A stretch of 60,255 nt of DNA from the NCBI GenBank assembly GCA_017852795.1, contig JAFMKU010000003.1:13731-73985 (forward strand). The letters run 5' to 3'. The notes below the pieces were generated by a model. That model made no database searches. It saw only the letters and a program-made list of their open reading frames with translations, and was not told the origin of the DNA. The translations under genes and the position numbers were made by a program. Every line of letters starts with the position of its first letter. Position 1 is the first letter of the stretch. Source of the stretch: Candidatus Neomicrothrix sp. (GTDB lineage Bacteria; Actinomycetota; Acidimicrobiia; Acidimicrobiales; Aldehydirespiratoraceae). Of the stretch, positions 17,407-27,632 are shown in pieces.

Positions 17407-19068
17407 ATGGCTGAACCGGTAACGGTGACGTTTCTTGGCGGGCTCGGTCAGATCGGCCGAAACTGCGCAGCGATCGAAACGCAGGGCCGAATCGTGGTGC
17501 TTGACTGCGGACAGATGTTTGGCGGTGACGACCTCCCGGGGGTAGACGCGGTCCTGCCCGACCTCAGCTACCTGTTCGACAACGCCGACCGAATCGACGC
17601 CTGCATCGCGACGCACGCCCACGAGGACCACATCGGAGCGTTGCCGTATCTGCTGTCGCACGTTGCCATGCCGGTCTACGGTTCACCGTTCACGTTAGGT
17701 CTCGTCGACCACAAACTCGCCGAACGAGGTTTGCGCAAACAAGCAGACCTTCGTCCGGTCCATGACGGTGACCGGATGATGGTGGGCCCGCTTGACTGCG
17801 AGTTCCTGCCGGTAACCCATTCGATCCCGTCAGGAAACATCACGGCGATCCACAGCTCGCAGGGGCTCATTTTGCACTCCAGTGATTTCAAGCTGGACCT
17901 GACCCCGGTTGATGGACGCCGCACCGACCTTTCCCGTATCGGCTCGTTGGCTCACGACCCGGGTATCCGGCTGCTGCTAGCCGACTCGACCAACGCCGAC
18001 AGTCCGGGAGCGTCAGTTTCGGAACGAGAAGTGGGACGCACCCTCGGATCTTTGGTCCGCGATCAGCAAGGGCGACGGGTGATCGTGGCGGCGTTCGCCA
18101 GCCATGTCCACCGTTTGCAGCAGCTGGCCGACATCGCGGTGGAAACCGGACGGGTTCTGGTCACGGTAGGTCTCTCGATGCGCCGCAACGTGAAACTGGC
18201 TCGCGACCTCGGGATCCTCAAGGTTGCCGACTACGCAGTGCGTGACATTGACGACATCGACGAACTCGAACCCGAACGGACTCTGGTGGTCTGCACCGGG
18301 TCGCAAGGCGAGTTCCGGGCGGCGCTCACCCAGATGGCGTTAGGCACCAGCCGCTGGCTCAAACTCGACGCCAACGACACGGTGATCTTCAGTTCTCATC
18401 CGATCCCCGGTAACGAGGCTGCGGTCGCCACGGTCCGTAACGGATTGGCCCGCCACGGGGTTCGGGTGTTTCACTCGGGCACGGTCAACGTCCACACGTC
18501 GGGTCATGGGAAACGTCAGGAACTCCAGACCCTGCATTCGGTGGCTCGTCCCGAATGGTTTGTTCCGGTGCACGGCGAATACGCCCACCTGGTCGCCCAT
18601 CAGGAGTTGGCGTTGGCGATGGGGATGGAACCGGAGCGGGTGGTGCTCTGTGAGGACGGCGACCAGATACGGCTCAGCGACGACGGGATCGAACATCTCG
18701 GTTCGGTCGGGGGTGGCCATCTTTACGTCGACGGGACGGTCGGCGATCTTGGCGGCACGGTTTTGTCTGAGCGCCGGATCCTCGGTGACGACGGTTTCGT
18801 GACCGTGGTGGTGCACGTTGACTCCGAACAAGGGGAGATCCTGGCTGGCCCGGACGTGATCTCTCGGGGCTGGGTGGAGCACCCGGCGTTGGCTGATCAT
18901 GAAGAAGCGGTAGCGGACGCGGTAGAAAAACAGCTCCGCAACGCGCTGCGCGACCCGGACCATGATCTGGATCGTCTCACCCAAATCGTACGCCGAGCGG
19001 CCGGGCAGACGGTCAACGATCGGACCCGCCGACGGCCGATGATTGTGCCGGTCGTTCGCGAAGGATAA
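17407..19068 (+). CDS. rnj: Ribonuclease J (metallo-beta-lactamase/beta-CASP RNase)
   Basis: FLGGLGQIGRNC N-terminus, HAHEDHIGALP motif, about 555 aa. Position after dapA is as in other actinobacteria. Confidence 0.9.
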   Translation: MAEPVTVTFLGGLGQIGRNCAAIETQGRIVVLDCGQMFGGDDLPGVDAVLPDLSYLFDNADRIDACIATHAHEDHIGALPYLLSHVAMPVYGSPFTLGLVDHKLAERGLRKQADLRPVHDGDRMMVGPLDCEFLPVTHSIPSGNITAIHSSQGLILHSSDFKLDLTPVDGRRTDLSRIGSLAHDPGIRLLLADSTNADSPGASVSEREVGRTLGSLVRDQQGRRVIVAAFASHVHRLQQLADIAVETGRVLVTVGLSMRRNVKLARDLGILKVADYAVRDIDDIDELEPERTLVVCTGSQGEFRAALTQMALGTSRWLKLDANDTVIFSSHPIPGNEAAVATVRNGLARHGVRVFHSGTVNVHTSGHGKRQELQTLHSVARPEWFVPVHGEYAHLVAHQELALAMGMEPERVVLCEDGDQIRLSDDGIEHLGSVGGGHLYVDGTVGDLGGTVLSERRILGDDGFVTVVVHVDSEQGEILAGPDVISRGWVEHPALADHEEAVADAVEKQLRNALRDPDHDLDRLTQIVRRAAGQTVNDRTRRRPMIVPVVREG

Positions 19069-19123
19069 GCACCTCACGGGGTCGCTACCTCAGCGCACCG
19101 GCGCTGGTAGCGTCGTAACCACT

Positions 19124-21550
19124 GTGGCCACGAAAAGCACCAAACGTTCCCCGTCACGAGGATCGTCGTCAACGTCGCGGTCATCAGCGCGGGGATCCAA
19201 GTCATCGAAATCCACGCGTTCGTCCTCTCAACGCGGGCAATCAACGTCGAGAACTGCCGTTGAATCGGTGCTCAAAGGCCACCGCAGCGACCTCATCGGG
19301 GTGGCGATCATTCTGCTGGGTGTCCTCGCTGCGATAGCGATCTGGGTCGGTGGCGTTGGTCAGGTCGGTGCCCTCATCGACGATTCCATGGCGGTGGTAC
19401 TGGGGATGAGCCGCCTCGTTGTCCCGTTGTTGCTGCTGGGAGTCGGTCTGGCGCTGGTGCGGGGTGGGGCCCCCGATGAGGCTGGTGAACGAATCGTCCG
19501 GGCCACGGTAGGTGGCCTGTTGGTTCTGGTGTCGATCACCGGTTTGTTCCACGTGTTCCGGGGTCGCCCCGGGATCGAGGACCCGGTCGAGTTGTTGGGT
19601 GACGCCGGTGGGGTGTTGGGGATGGGGATCGGTGGACCGCTGCATGCGGTGGCCGACACGGCCGGCGCGACCCTGATCTTGTTGGCGCTCGGCATGTGCG
19701 GAGCGGTTATTGCCACCAACCTGTCGGTGCGCGAATTGGGCCAGTTGCTGATGCGGGGGGTTCGCCCACTGGCCGGACTGATTTCTCAGGCCACCGGTCG
19801 ACTGTTTAGCGACCTGGAAAGTTCTGGCGATCCGAAACCGGTCGCGGCCGAACCGGCCCCGCCGACCGAACCAGAGCCAGCACCGGCCCCGGTTCCCGAA
19901 CCAGAGCCGGAAGCAACACCGGCAGTGGCAGCGAAACCCAAGAAAGAAAAACGGGTGGCTGAACCGACACCGCCCGCGACCCCGCAGGTGGTTGGTGACT
20001 GGCAGCTTCCGCCCATGTCGCTGCTGTCTCGCTCCGAAGCTCGAGCAGTTGACCGCAACGCGGTAGCGCAACGGGGTGTGATGCTCCAAGAAACTCTCGA
20101 ACAGTTCGGTGTGCCAACCACACTGCTGGAGCCGATCGTCGGTCCGACCGTCACCCGCTACGTGCTCGAACTTGGCGAAGGGGTCAAAGTTTCGAAACTT
20201 GAGAGCCTGCGCAAAGACATCGCCTATGCCATGGCATCCCCCGATGTTCGCCTGCTGGCCCCGATCCCGGGGCGTCGGGCTATTGGTGTGGAGGTGCCCA
20301 ACGCCGACCGTCAAGTCGTGGCGCTGGGCGACATTCTGGCGTCGTCCGAGGCTCGCAAAGCCACCCATCCGTTGGAGGTGGCTATCGGGCGGGACATCAA
20401 CGGCCGCAACACGCTGATCAACCTGGCCACCATGCCTCACCTGTTGATCGCCGGAGCGACCGGTGCCGGCAAGTCGTCGTGTCTCAACTCGCTGCTGACG
20501 TCGATCCTGATGCGAACCACCCCCGAACAGGTCCGCATGATCCTGATCGACCCGAAACGGGTGGAGATGGGCCAATATGACCGGGCACCGCACCTGCTGA
20601 CGGCCCCGGTCACCGATCCGCGGCAGGCCGCCAATGCGCTGGCTTGGGCGGTTCGGGAAATGGAACGCCGTTACGACCTGCTCCACAAGGTCGGCTTCCG
20701 AGACATCACCGGGTACAACAACGCGGTTGATGCCGGCAGTATCGAAGTTGGTCGGGGCGAGGTTGACGAACACGGCGAGCCACTGACCTACAAGCGGCTT
20801 CCGTTCGTGCTGGTGGTGGTTGACGAACTCGCGGACCTGATGATGGTCGCGGCACGCGACGTGGAAGAGTCGATCGCCCGAATCGCTCAGATGGCTCGGG
20901 CGGTTGGGATCCACCTGGTGATCGCCACTCAGCGACCCTCAGTGAACGTCATTACCGGTGTGATCAAAGCCAACGTGCCGGCCCGCTTGGCCTTCGCCGT
21001 GTCGAGCCTTACCGACTCTCGAGTGATCCTTGACCAGCCGGGAGCGGAGCGACTGGTTGGCAAAGGCGACCTGTTGATGCTCGGCCCTTCCTCATCGGCA
21101 CCGCATCGCATTCAGGGATGCTGGGTGGAAGAGTCCGAGGTGCGGGCCATTGTCAAACATTGGAAAGACCAAGCCCCTGAATACGACGAGGACCAGTCGG
21201 TGGCGGTCAGCGATCCTTCCGGGGGTGGGTCCCGCCCCAGTGGCTCACCGATCCCACCTTCGGGCGGGATTTCGGACAGCCCGCCGAGCATGGACGCCAT
21301 CACCGCGCCGCCGGTCGGAGGCGCCGAGGACGGCGACGAGCTGCTAGCTCAAGCCATGGAGCTGGTCGTCGAAACCCAGCTCGGTTCGACCTCGATGCTG
21401 CAACGCAAGCTGCGGGTGGGTTTCGCCCGAGCCGGTCGGATCATGGATCTGCTCGAAGAAGCCGGGGTGGTCGGCCCGTCAACCGGCTCCAAAGCGCGTG
21501 ACGTGTTGATTAGCCCCGAGGAGCTTGCGGCTCGTCGGGGCGAGAACTGA
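19124..21550 (+). CDS. ftsK: DNA translocase FtsK/SpoIIIE
   Basis: Ser/Arg-rich N-terminus, four TM helices, PEP/PAP linker, Walker A GATGAGKSS, Walker B VVVDELADLM, gamma wHTH LGSTSMLQRKLRVGFARAGRIMDLLE. Start is uncertain: GTG 19124 is preferred, TTG 19043 would overlap rnj. Confidence 0.9.
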   Translation: MATKSTKRSPSRGSSSTSRSSARGSKSSKSTRSSSQRGQSTSRTAVESVLKGHRSDLIGVAIILLGVLAAIAIWVGGVGQVGALIDDSMAVVLGMSRLVVPLLLLGVGLALVRGGAPDEAGERIVRATVGGLLVLVSITGLFHVFRGRPGIEDPVELLGDAGGVLGMGIGGPLHAVADTAGATLILLALGMCGAVIATNLSVRELGQLLMRGVRPLAGLISQATGRLFSDLESSGDPKPVAAEPAPPTEPEPAPAPVPEPEPEATPAVAAKPKKEKRVAEPTPPATPQVVGDWQLPPMSLLSRSEARAVDRNAVAQRGVMLQETLEQFGVPTTLLEPIVGPTVTRYVLELGEGVKVSKLESLRKDIAYAMASPDVRLLAPIPGRRAIGVEVPNADRQVVALGDILASSEARKATHPLEVAIGRDINGRNTLINLATMPHLLIAGATGAGKSSCLNSLLTSILMRTTPEQVRMILIDPKRVEMGQYDRAPHLLTAPVTDPRQAANALAWAVREMERRYDLLHKVGFRDITGYNNAVDAGSIEVGRGEVDEHGEPLTYKRLPFVLVVVDELADLMMVAARDVEESIARIAQMARAVGIHLVIATQRPSVNVITGVIKANVPARLAFAVSSLTDSRVILDQPGAERLVGKGDLLMLGPSSSAPHRIQGCWVEESEVRAIVKHWKDQAPEYDEDQSVAVSDPSGGGSRPSGSPIPPSGGISDSPPSMDAITAPPVGGAEDGDELLAQAMELVVETQLGSTSMLQRKLRVGFARAGRIMDLLEEAGVVGPSTGSKARDVLISPEELAARRGEN

Positions 21551-21562
21551 TCGGATCGTCTC

Positions 21563-22504
21563 GTGGTCCTTGGGCTGGTCTTTGTTTCGATTGGGTTGGT
21601 GCTGTTGACGCTCAGCGCCGATCGTTTCGTGGCCGCCGCCGCTCGGCTAGCTTTTCACTATCAGGTTTCTCCCGTAGTGGTCGGCGCGGTGCTGATCGGG
21701 TTTGGCACGTCGGCACCAGAGATGGTGGTTTCTGGTATTGCCGCGGCGGGAGGCGATCTCGATATTGGGGTGGGCAACGTCATCGGCTCGAACGTCGCCA
21801 ACGTTTCGCTGGTGCTCGCCGCAGCCGCGGTGATCCGGGTGGTTCCGGTCGAATCGGTGACGATCCGCCGAGAAGTGCCGATCTCGGTCGCGAGTTGTCT
21901 GGTGTTCGCGTTGCTGGTTCAAGGTGAGATCTCCCGGGTCGATGGGCTGATCCTGGCCGCCCTGATCGGGATCTTCCTGGTCGGTGTGCTTCGCACGGGA
22001 TCGGCAGAAGATCTGACCTTCGTCGACGATGTCGCGTCGATCGTTGAAGGCCCAGCGGTGTCGATCAGGGCGGAGGCGTGGCGCACAGCGGGAGGTTTGC
22101 TTGGGGTTGTGCTCTCGGCTTGGCTGGTCGTGGACGGGGCGTCACGGTTGGCCGAAGCTTTCGGGCTGTCCGGCGGGTTTGTCGGGTTCACCCTGGTGGC
22201 CCTGGGTACGTCGGCGCCCGAGTTGGTGACGTCGGTGCAAGCGGCCCGCCAAGGAGAAACCGAACTGCTGGTCGGAAACCTGCTGGGTTCCAACATCTTC
22301 AACAGCCTCGCCGTTGGTGGGGTGATCGGATTGGTAGGTCCCGGCCCGGTGCTCAACACCGAGATGGCCGAAACCGGTTCGATACTGATGATGGTGATCG
22401 TGGCGACCAGTGCACTGTTCATGGTGTTTGGTCGTTCCGTAGGCCGCAGCAAGGCGTTCATCCTGTTTTTCATGTGGGTGATCGCGGTGGTCCTTCTCTC
22501 CTAA
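21563..22504 (+). CDS. CaCA-family cation/Ca2+ exchanger (YrbG-like)
   Basis: Two alpha-repeat motifs, GNVIGSNVANVSL and GNLLGSNIFNSL, in a 10-TM-like protein. Confidence 0.85.
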   Translation: MVLGLVFVSIGLVLLTLSADRFVAAAARLAFHYQVSPVVVGAVLIGFGTSAPEMVVSGIAAAGGDLDIGVGNVIGSNVANVSLVLAAAAVIRVVPVESVTIRREVPISVASCLVFALLVQGEISRVDGLILAALIGIFLVGVLRTGSAEDLTFVDDVASIVEGPAVSIRAEAWRTAGGLLGVVLSAWLVVDGASRLAEAFGLSGGFVGFTLVALGTSAPELVTSVQAARQGETELLVGNLLGSNIFNSLAVGGVIGLVGPGPVLNTEMAETGSILMMVIVATSALFMVFGRSVGRSKAFILFFMWVIAVVLLS

Positions 22505-22535
22505 GGCCAACGTGACGGTGGCGACGCCCTAGGCT

Positions 22536-23831
22536 GTGGTCCTCATGCCTGACCGTCCCGCCACGTACTACGTCGAGACTCTTGGTTGTCCCAAGAATCA
22601 GGTCGACTCGGACAAGCTCGAAGGGACGCTGGTTGCCGATGGACTCCATGCGGTCGGTGATGCTTCGGCCGCTGATCTGCTGGTGGTCAACACCTGCGCG
22701 TTTGTCGAAGAAGCCCGCCAGGAATCGATCGACACCATTCTTACCCTTTCCGAACAGCGACGGCCGGGAGCGCGTTTGGTGGTCACCGGTTGTCTCGCCG
22801 AACGGTACGGCCAGGAACTCGCAGCCGAGCTGCCCGAAGTGGACACGGTCGCTCCGTTCGGTGCGTCGGTGCTGGCCGGACTCGATCCGGCGAGCAACGG
22901 TTCGACGGTTCCGGTTGCGCTCGGAGCGACCCGGCGACGCCCAGATTTCGACCTGTTGAACCTGCCCCGGCCTGCGTCGCCTCGCCCCTGGGCGTACGTC
23001 AAGATCGCCGAAGGATGCGACCGGGCGTGCGGCTTCTGCGCCATCCCGAGTTTCCGGGGGCCGCAGCGCAGCCGTTCCATTGAGCAAATTCTTGGCGAAG
23101 TCGAGCAGTTGGCGGTTCGCGAAGTGGTGCTCGTCGCTCAAGACCTCGCGGCGTACGGTCGTGATCAGGGGGTGGGGGAGCGACAGATCGTGCCGCTGAT
23201 CGAACAGGTTTCTGCGGTCGTTGATCGAGTACGGCTGCTGTACCTGTACCCGTCGGATCTCAACGAGGCACTGATCGACGCGGTGCTGGCCAGCGGAACC
23301 CCCTATTTCGACTTGAGCCTTCAGCACGTCTCTGCACCACTGCTTCGACGAATGCGCCGCTGGGGGGATGGGGAACGGTTCCTTGATCGGATCGTTGCCA
23401 TTCGCGAACGGTCACCCGAGGCCGCGTTCCGATCCAACTTCATTGTCGGCTACCCGGGCGAAACCGAATCTGACCATGATGCGCTGCTCGACTTCGTCGA
23501 CGCGGCCCAGCTCGACTGGTGCGGTTTCTTCGCCTACTCACCCGAGGCCGGCACCCACGCGGTGACCCTCGACGGTGAAGTTCCGGCTGGGTTGCGTGAC
23601 GAACGACTGGCTGAGCTTCGTGAACGCCAAGATCAGATCACCGAGACAAAACGTGACCTTCTGGTCGGTCAACGAGTCGAAGTACTCGTGGATGAACCAG
23701 GAGTGGGTCGAAGCCATCGCGAGGCACCAGAAATCGATGGTGTCATGCTGGTCCCCGACCATCTCGCGGTCGGCGAGTTTCACCAGCTGACGGTGACCGC
23801 CGCCGTTGGCGCCGACGTGGAGGCCTCATGA
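22536..23831 (+). CDS. rimO: Radical-SAM methylthiotransferase, RimO-like (ribosomal protein S12 methylthiotransferase)
   Basis: N-terminal UPF0004 domain (YYVETLGCPKNQVDSD), radical SAM CDRACGFC, C-terminal TRAM-like region. Start is GTG 22536 or ATG 22545. Confidence 0.85.
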   Translation: MVLMPDRPATYYVETLGCPKNQVDSDKLEGTLVADGLHAVGDASAADLLVVNTCAFVEEARQESIDTILTLSEQRRPGARLVVTGCLAERYGQELAAELPEVDTVAPFGASVLAGLDPASNGSTVPVALGATRRRPDFDLLNLPRPASPRPWAYVKIAEGCDRACGFCAIPSFRGPQRSRSIEQILGEVEQLAVREVVLVAQDLAAYGRDQGVGERQIVPLIEQVSAVVDRVRLLYLYPSDLNEALIDAVLASGTPYFDLSLQHVSAPLLRRMRRWGDGERFLDRIVAIRERSPEAAFRSNFIVGYPGETESDHDALLDFVDAAQLDWCGFFAYSPEAGTHAVTLDGEVPAGLRDERLAELRERQDQITETKRDLLVGQRVEVLVDEPGVGRSHREAPEIDGVMLVPDHLAVGEFHQLTVTAAVGADVEAS

Positions 23832-24424
23832 GCGAAACCAGTTCGTTGCCGCCAGAACCCGCATCGATCACCCATCCAGCGAACCTACTGACCCTCGCCC
23901 GCCTCGTGTTCTCACCGTTGTTGTTTTGGCTGGTGCTTGATGCCGAATTGGACAAGGGCGCTTCGTGGGGAGCGTTTGGTTTGGGGTTTGCGCTGGCTGG
24001 CACCGATTTCTTCGACGGCAAAGTGGCTCGCCGAGCCAACGTGGTGAGCCGCAGCGGAGCGTTCCTTGACCCGCTAGCCGACAAAGTCGTGGTGATCGGA
24101 TCGGCGTGCTGTCTGGTTGCAGTTGATCGCTACCACTGGATCCCGGTGCTGATCATCGCGGTGCGCGAGATCGGGATCACGCTCTGGCGGGCCCGCTGGG
24201 CCCGAGATGGCCTAGCGCTACCGGCCCGACGTTCGGCCAAATACAAGACGTTTGTGCAGGGCGCGGCGCTGATCATCGCGGTGACCCCAGGATTGTCAGA
24301 CCATGCCGTAGTGGTCGACGCTGCACTGTGGTTGGCGGTGGCTTGGACAGTGTTCACTGGTGCCCAATACGTGTTGGACGGGCAGAATGCTCTGAGTCGC
24401 ACGGGCGACAACACCGACGGCTGA
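23828..24424 (+). CDS. pgsA: CDP-diacylglycerol--glycerol-3-phosphate 3-phosphatidyltransferase
   Basis: CDP-alcohol phosphatidyltransferase motif DFFDGKVARR...GAFLDPLADK. ATGA overlap with rimO. Confidence 0.85.
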   Translation: MSETSSLPPEPASITHPANLLTLARLVFSPLLFWLVLDAELDKGASWGAFGLGFALAGTDFFDGKVARRANVVSRSGAFLDPLADKVVVIGSACCLVAVDRYHWIPVLIIAVREIGITLWRARWARDGLALPARRSAKYKTFVQGAALIIAVTPGLSDHAVVVDAALWLAVAWTVFTGAQYVLDGQNALSRTGDNTDG

Positions 24425-24469
24425 CCCGGTCGGGCACCGCACGCGACCATCGAGAATCGGGAGACTGGC

Positions 24470-25723
24470 GTGAACTGCGAAGTAGTGGCGATCGGCACGG
24501 AACTGTTGCTGGGCCAAATTGTTGACACCAACTCGTCGTGGATCGGCGAACAACTGGCGATGGCAGGAATCAACTCCCATCACCAAACCAAAGTGGGAGA
24601 CAACCACGGCCGCATGGTGGCGGTGCTGCGAGAAGCTTTGGACCGCAGCGACGCCGTGATCTGCTGCGGAGGGCTCGGCCCAACTCAAGACGACATCACC
24701 CGGGGGGCGATCGCCGAAGTCATGGGAGTGGAGCTGGTCCGCGACGAAGCGATCGTGGAACGCATCCGGGCCATGTTCGGTAGCCGGGGCCGTGACATGC
24801 CCGACAACAACCTGCTGCAAGCCGACGTGCCGAAGGGGGCCACCATCAACCCGGCGATGCCCGGAACGGCACCCGGTCTGATCTGTCCGTTGACCGGTGA
24901 CGATCAAGGCAAAGTCATCTACGCCGTCCCGGGGGTTCCCTGGGAGATGCAGCAGATGATGATCGAAGGCATCCTTCCCGACCTCCAACGACGCAGCGGT
25001 TTTCGCGGGGCGATCCGCAGCCGCACCCTGCGGACGTGGGGGACCTCAGAGTCAGGCTTGGCCGAACTACTCGACGAGGAGATCCGCCGACTCGACGAGA
25101 CTGGTGAAGCCACCATTGCCTTTCTGGCCAGCGGATGGGAAGGGCTAAAGGTCCGGCTCACCGCCAAAGCCGCCGACGCTCCGAGCGCCGAACAGGTACT
25201 GGATCGCCACGAGGCGATCGTGCGGGGTGTGGTTGGTGACGAGATCATCTTTGGCATCGACGGCGACACCATGGAGTCGGTGGTGCTGGGGATGCTCCGC
25301 CAGCGGGGATGGACGCTTTCGGTTGCCGAATCGCTCACCGGTGGCCTGATCGGCAGCCGCCTGACCGCAATCGCCGGATGCAGCGACGTGTTCCGAGGTG
25401 GGGTTACCCCCTATGACCGGGCTTTGAAACGTTCACTGCTGGGATGCCCTGACGTGGACGCGGTGAGCGAAGAGATGGCCTTGGCGATGGCCCAACGGGT
25501 GTGCGAGGTGTTGGGCACAGACGCCAGCGTCGCCGTCACCGGGGTTGCCGGCCCCGATCCTCTCGAAGGGCACGCCCCGGGAGACGTCTGGATCGCGACC
25601 TGCATCAACGGTGTCGCCTCGGCCCAGTTCCTCAAACTGCCGTTCGGTCGCGAACAGGTTCGTCAGTTCACCTGCATCCAGTCGCTGAACATACTGCGGC
25701 TCCAATTACGCGACCTTGGTTGA
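24470..25723 (+). CDS. cinA: CinA family protein (MoCF-biosynthesis-like domain plus nicotinamide-nucleotide amidohydrolase PncC domain)
   Basis: VVAIGTELLLGQIVDTNS N-terminus, C-terminal AESLTGGLIGSRLT motif. GTG start after GGGAGA. Confidence 0.9.
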   Translation: MNCEVVAIGTELLLGQIVDTNSSWIGEQLAMAGINSHHQTKVGDNHGRMVAVLREALDRSDAVICCGGLGPTQDDITRGAIAEVMGVELVRDEAIVERIRAMFGSRGRDMPDNNLLQADVPKGATINPAMPGTAPGLICPLTGDDQGKVIYAVPGVPWEMQQMMIEGILPDLQRRSGFRGAIRSRTLRTWGTSESGLAELLDEEIRRLDETGEATIAFLASGWEGLKVRLTAKAADAPSAEQVLDRHEAIVRGVVGDEIIFGIDGDTMESVVLGMLRQRGWTLSVAESLTGGLIGSRLTAIAGCSDVFRGGVTPYDRALKRSLLGCPDVDAVSEEMALAMAQRVCEVLGTDASVAVTGVAGPDPLEGHAPGDVWIATCINGVASAQFLKLPFGREQVRQFTCIQSLNILRLQLRDLG

Positions 25724-25799
25724 GCCTGAGCGAATCTGCACATCGCAAAGACGTCGTGGGTGCGCCATGATGGGGGGAACTACGACAGGGAGTCCATTC

Positions 25800-26666
25800 A
25801 TGAAGTTCGGGATTGCGTTTGCCAACACCGGTCCGTTTGCCAGCGGTGAAGGAGCTCGGGAACTTGGACGGCTCGCTGAGCAAGCAGGTTTCGATTCGGT
25901 CTGGACCGTTGAGCACGTCGTCTACCCCGAGGGCTACCAGTCGACCTATCCGTACGCTCCTGACGGCAAGATGCCAGGAACCGGCAGCAACCCCATTCCC
26001 GACCCGATGGTCTGGCTGGCTTTTGTTGGTGCGGTGACCAGCGAATTGACGTTGGCGACCGGGATCAGCTTGCTGCCGGAACGCCACCCGATTCCCTATG
26101 CCAAAGAAGTAGCCACCCTCGATGCGATGACCGGTGGGCGTGCTCACCTCGGTATCGGGATCGGTTGGCTTCGTGAAGAGTTCGATGCGCTGGGGATTCC
26201 GTGGGAACGGCGCGCCGCTCGGACCGAAGAATACATGGCGGTGATGCGGGCGCTGTGGGCCGAGGACAACGTCACCTTCTACGGTGAGTTTGTGTCGTTC
26301 TCGTCGATGACCAGCAACCCCAAACCGGTTTCCGGTTCGGTGCCGATCACCATCGGAGGCCATAGCCGGGCTGCTGCTGAGCGCGCCGGACGGGTTGGTG
26401 ATGGGTTTTTCCCGGCCAAAGGTGACATGGCCGAGCTGGTCGACATTGCTCGTACCACCGCGGCGGATCATGGACGTGACCCGTCGGCGCTGGACATCAC
26501 CGGGGTGCACGCCGGCATTTTCGGCGAAGACCCGGCGGCTGCGGTTGAACAAGCCGCGGCTTGGGGGTTGGACCGGTTGGCGATCCCCTCGTTCTTGTTC
26601 TTCGCCGATCCGGCTACCACCATCCCGGCGATGGGTGAAAACCTCGTCGCTCGTTTCAGCGACTAA
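25800..26666 (+). CDS. Luciferase-like monooxygenase (LLM) class oxidoreductase, probably F420-dependent
   Basis: ATG 25800 after GGGAG gives MKFGIAFANTGPF...FDSVWTVEHV, a TIM-barrel LLM pattern of about 288 aa. Confidence 0.8.
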   Translation: MKFGIAFANTGPFASGEGARELGRLAEQAGFDSVWTVEHVVYPEGYQSTYPYAPDGKMPGTGSNPIPDPMVWLAFVGAVTSELTLATGISLLPERHPIPYAKEVATLDAMTGGRAHLGIGIGWLREEFDALGIPWERRAARTEEYMAVMRALWAEDNVTFYGEFVSFSSMTSNPKPVSGSVPITIGGHSRAAAERAGRVGDGFFPAKGDMAELVDIARTTAADHGRDPSALDITGVHAGIFGEDPAAAVEQAAAWGLDRLAIPSFLFFADPATTIPAMGENLVARFSD

Positions 26667-26695
26667 CCATCGGGAACCTGGCTTGGGCGGCGGTG

Positions 26696-27580
26696 TCAGC
26701 CGTTCAACGGTGTCGAATGGTCCCAGTCGGCCAGCAGTGAACGGATCGCGGTGATGAGAATCAGCGGCACGTCGAGCATCGGATGGTGCCCTGCGGTTGG
26801 CAATTCGATCACCGGAGCCAACCGCCCGAGCTGTTCGTACATGTAGGCGCCGATGTCTGGGGTCATGAGGCCGTGTTCGCAACGCAACAACGCGACCCGG
26901 CAACGAATCTGAGAAAGGTACGTGCTCGGTTCGGCCCGGCGCGGCACGAAAATCGACGGATCAAACTTCCATTCCCAGCGGCCGTCGTCGCGTTGACGAA
27001 GCGAGTTACGGGCGACATGTTCGATCACGTACGGCAGGTACACCGCCTGGGGAGGGATGGTTCGGAAATTGCCGATCGGAACCGCCGGGTCGTCATAGAT
27101 TCTGACCCGATTGAAATCGTCGGTTCGGCGGGCATGATCGACTTCGGGATCGACCTCCACCACCGGAGAATCGATAATTACCGCCCCCGCGAATGCGTCG
27201 GGGTGACGGCCCGCCGCCGCGATGGTCACGAAACCACCCATCGAATGGCCAACCAGCACCGGGGCTGAAGCAAACCCGGCGTCGTTGCTGACCGCCTGCA
27301 CTTCGTCGGTCCAGAGATCCAGCGTGTAATGCTCACGGCGGTCCGAGTCGCCATGGCCGCTCAGGTCGAGCGCTACGACCCGATAGTTGGGGACAAAGGC
27401 GGGAGCGACGTGGGCCCACCAGTGGGCGTGGGCCCCGCCACCGTGGATACAGATCAGACCGGGCCGACCTCGTTCACCCCAGGCCAAGTAGTGGATGCTT
27501 GTTCCAGCAACCGTGACCCGGTGAGACTCCGGTTCTGTCGCCAGCGCGTTGGTGAACCAGTCGGGGACAGAATCGTTCAT
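26696..27580 (-). CDS. Alpha/beta-fold hydrolase
   Basis: HG oxyanion motif (LICIHGGGAHAHWW) and nucleophile elbow GHSMGG. ATG 27580 avoids overlapping the upstream MFS gene. Confidence 0.75.
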   Translation of the reverse strand: MNDSVPDWFTNALATEPESHRVTVAGTSIHYLAWGERGRPGLICIHGGGAHAHWWAHVAPAFVPNYRVVALDLSGHGDSDRREHYTLDLWTDEVQAVSNDAGFASAPVLVGHSMGGFVTIAAAGRHPDAFAGAVIIDSPVVEVDPEVDHARRTDDFNRVRIYDDPAVPIGNFRTIPPQAVYLPYVIEHVARNSLRQRDDGRWEWKFDPSIFVPRRAEPSTYLSQIRCRVALLRCEHGLMTPDIGAYMYEQLGRLAPVIELPTAGHHPMLDVPLILITAIRSLLADWDHSTPLNG

Positions 27581-27632
27581 GACCCAGTGTGCCGCGAGAT
27601 GCCGGCCCCGTTCCAACCGGGTACCGGGGGAG

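Noticed and set aside
19241-20914. 557-aa minus-strand ORF antisense to ftsK
   Set aside because: Shadow ORF. The plus-strand frame carries Walker A/B and the FtsK gamma domain, whereas the antisense translation is Arg/His/Gln-rich nonsense.
22470-23327. 285-aa minus-strand ORF antisense to rimO
   Set aside because: Shadow ORF opposite a gene with clear radical-SAM and UPF0004 motifs.
25668-26903. 411-aa minus-strand ORF spanning the LLM oxidoreductase gene
   Set aside because: Arg/Pro/Gly-rich translation with no motifs. It crosses two real gene boundaries.
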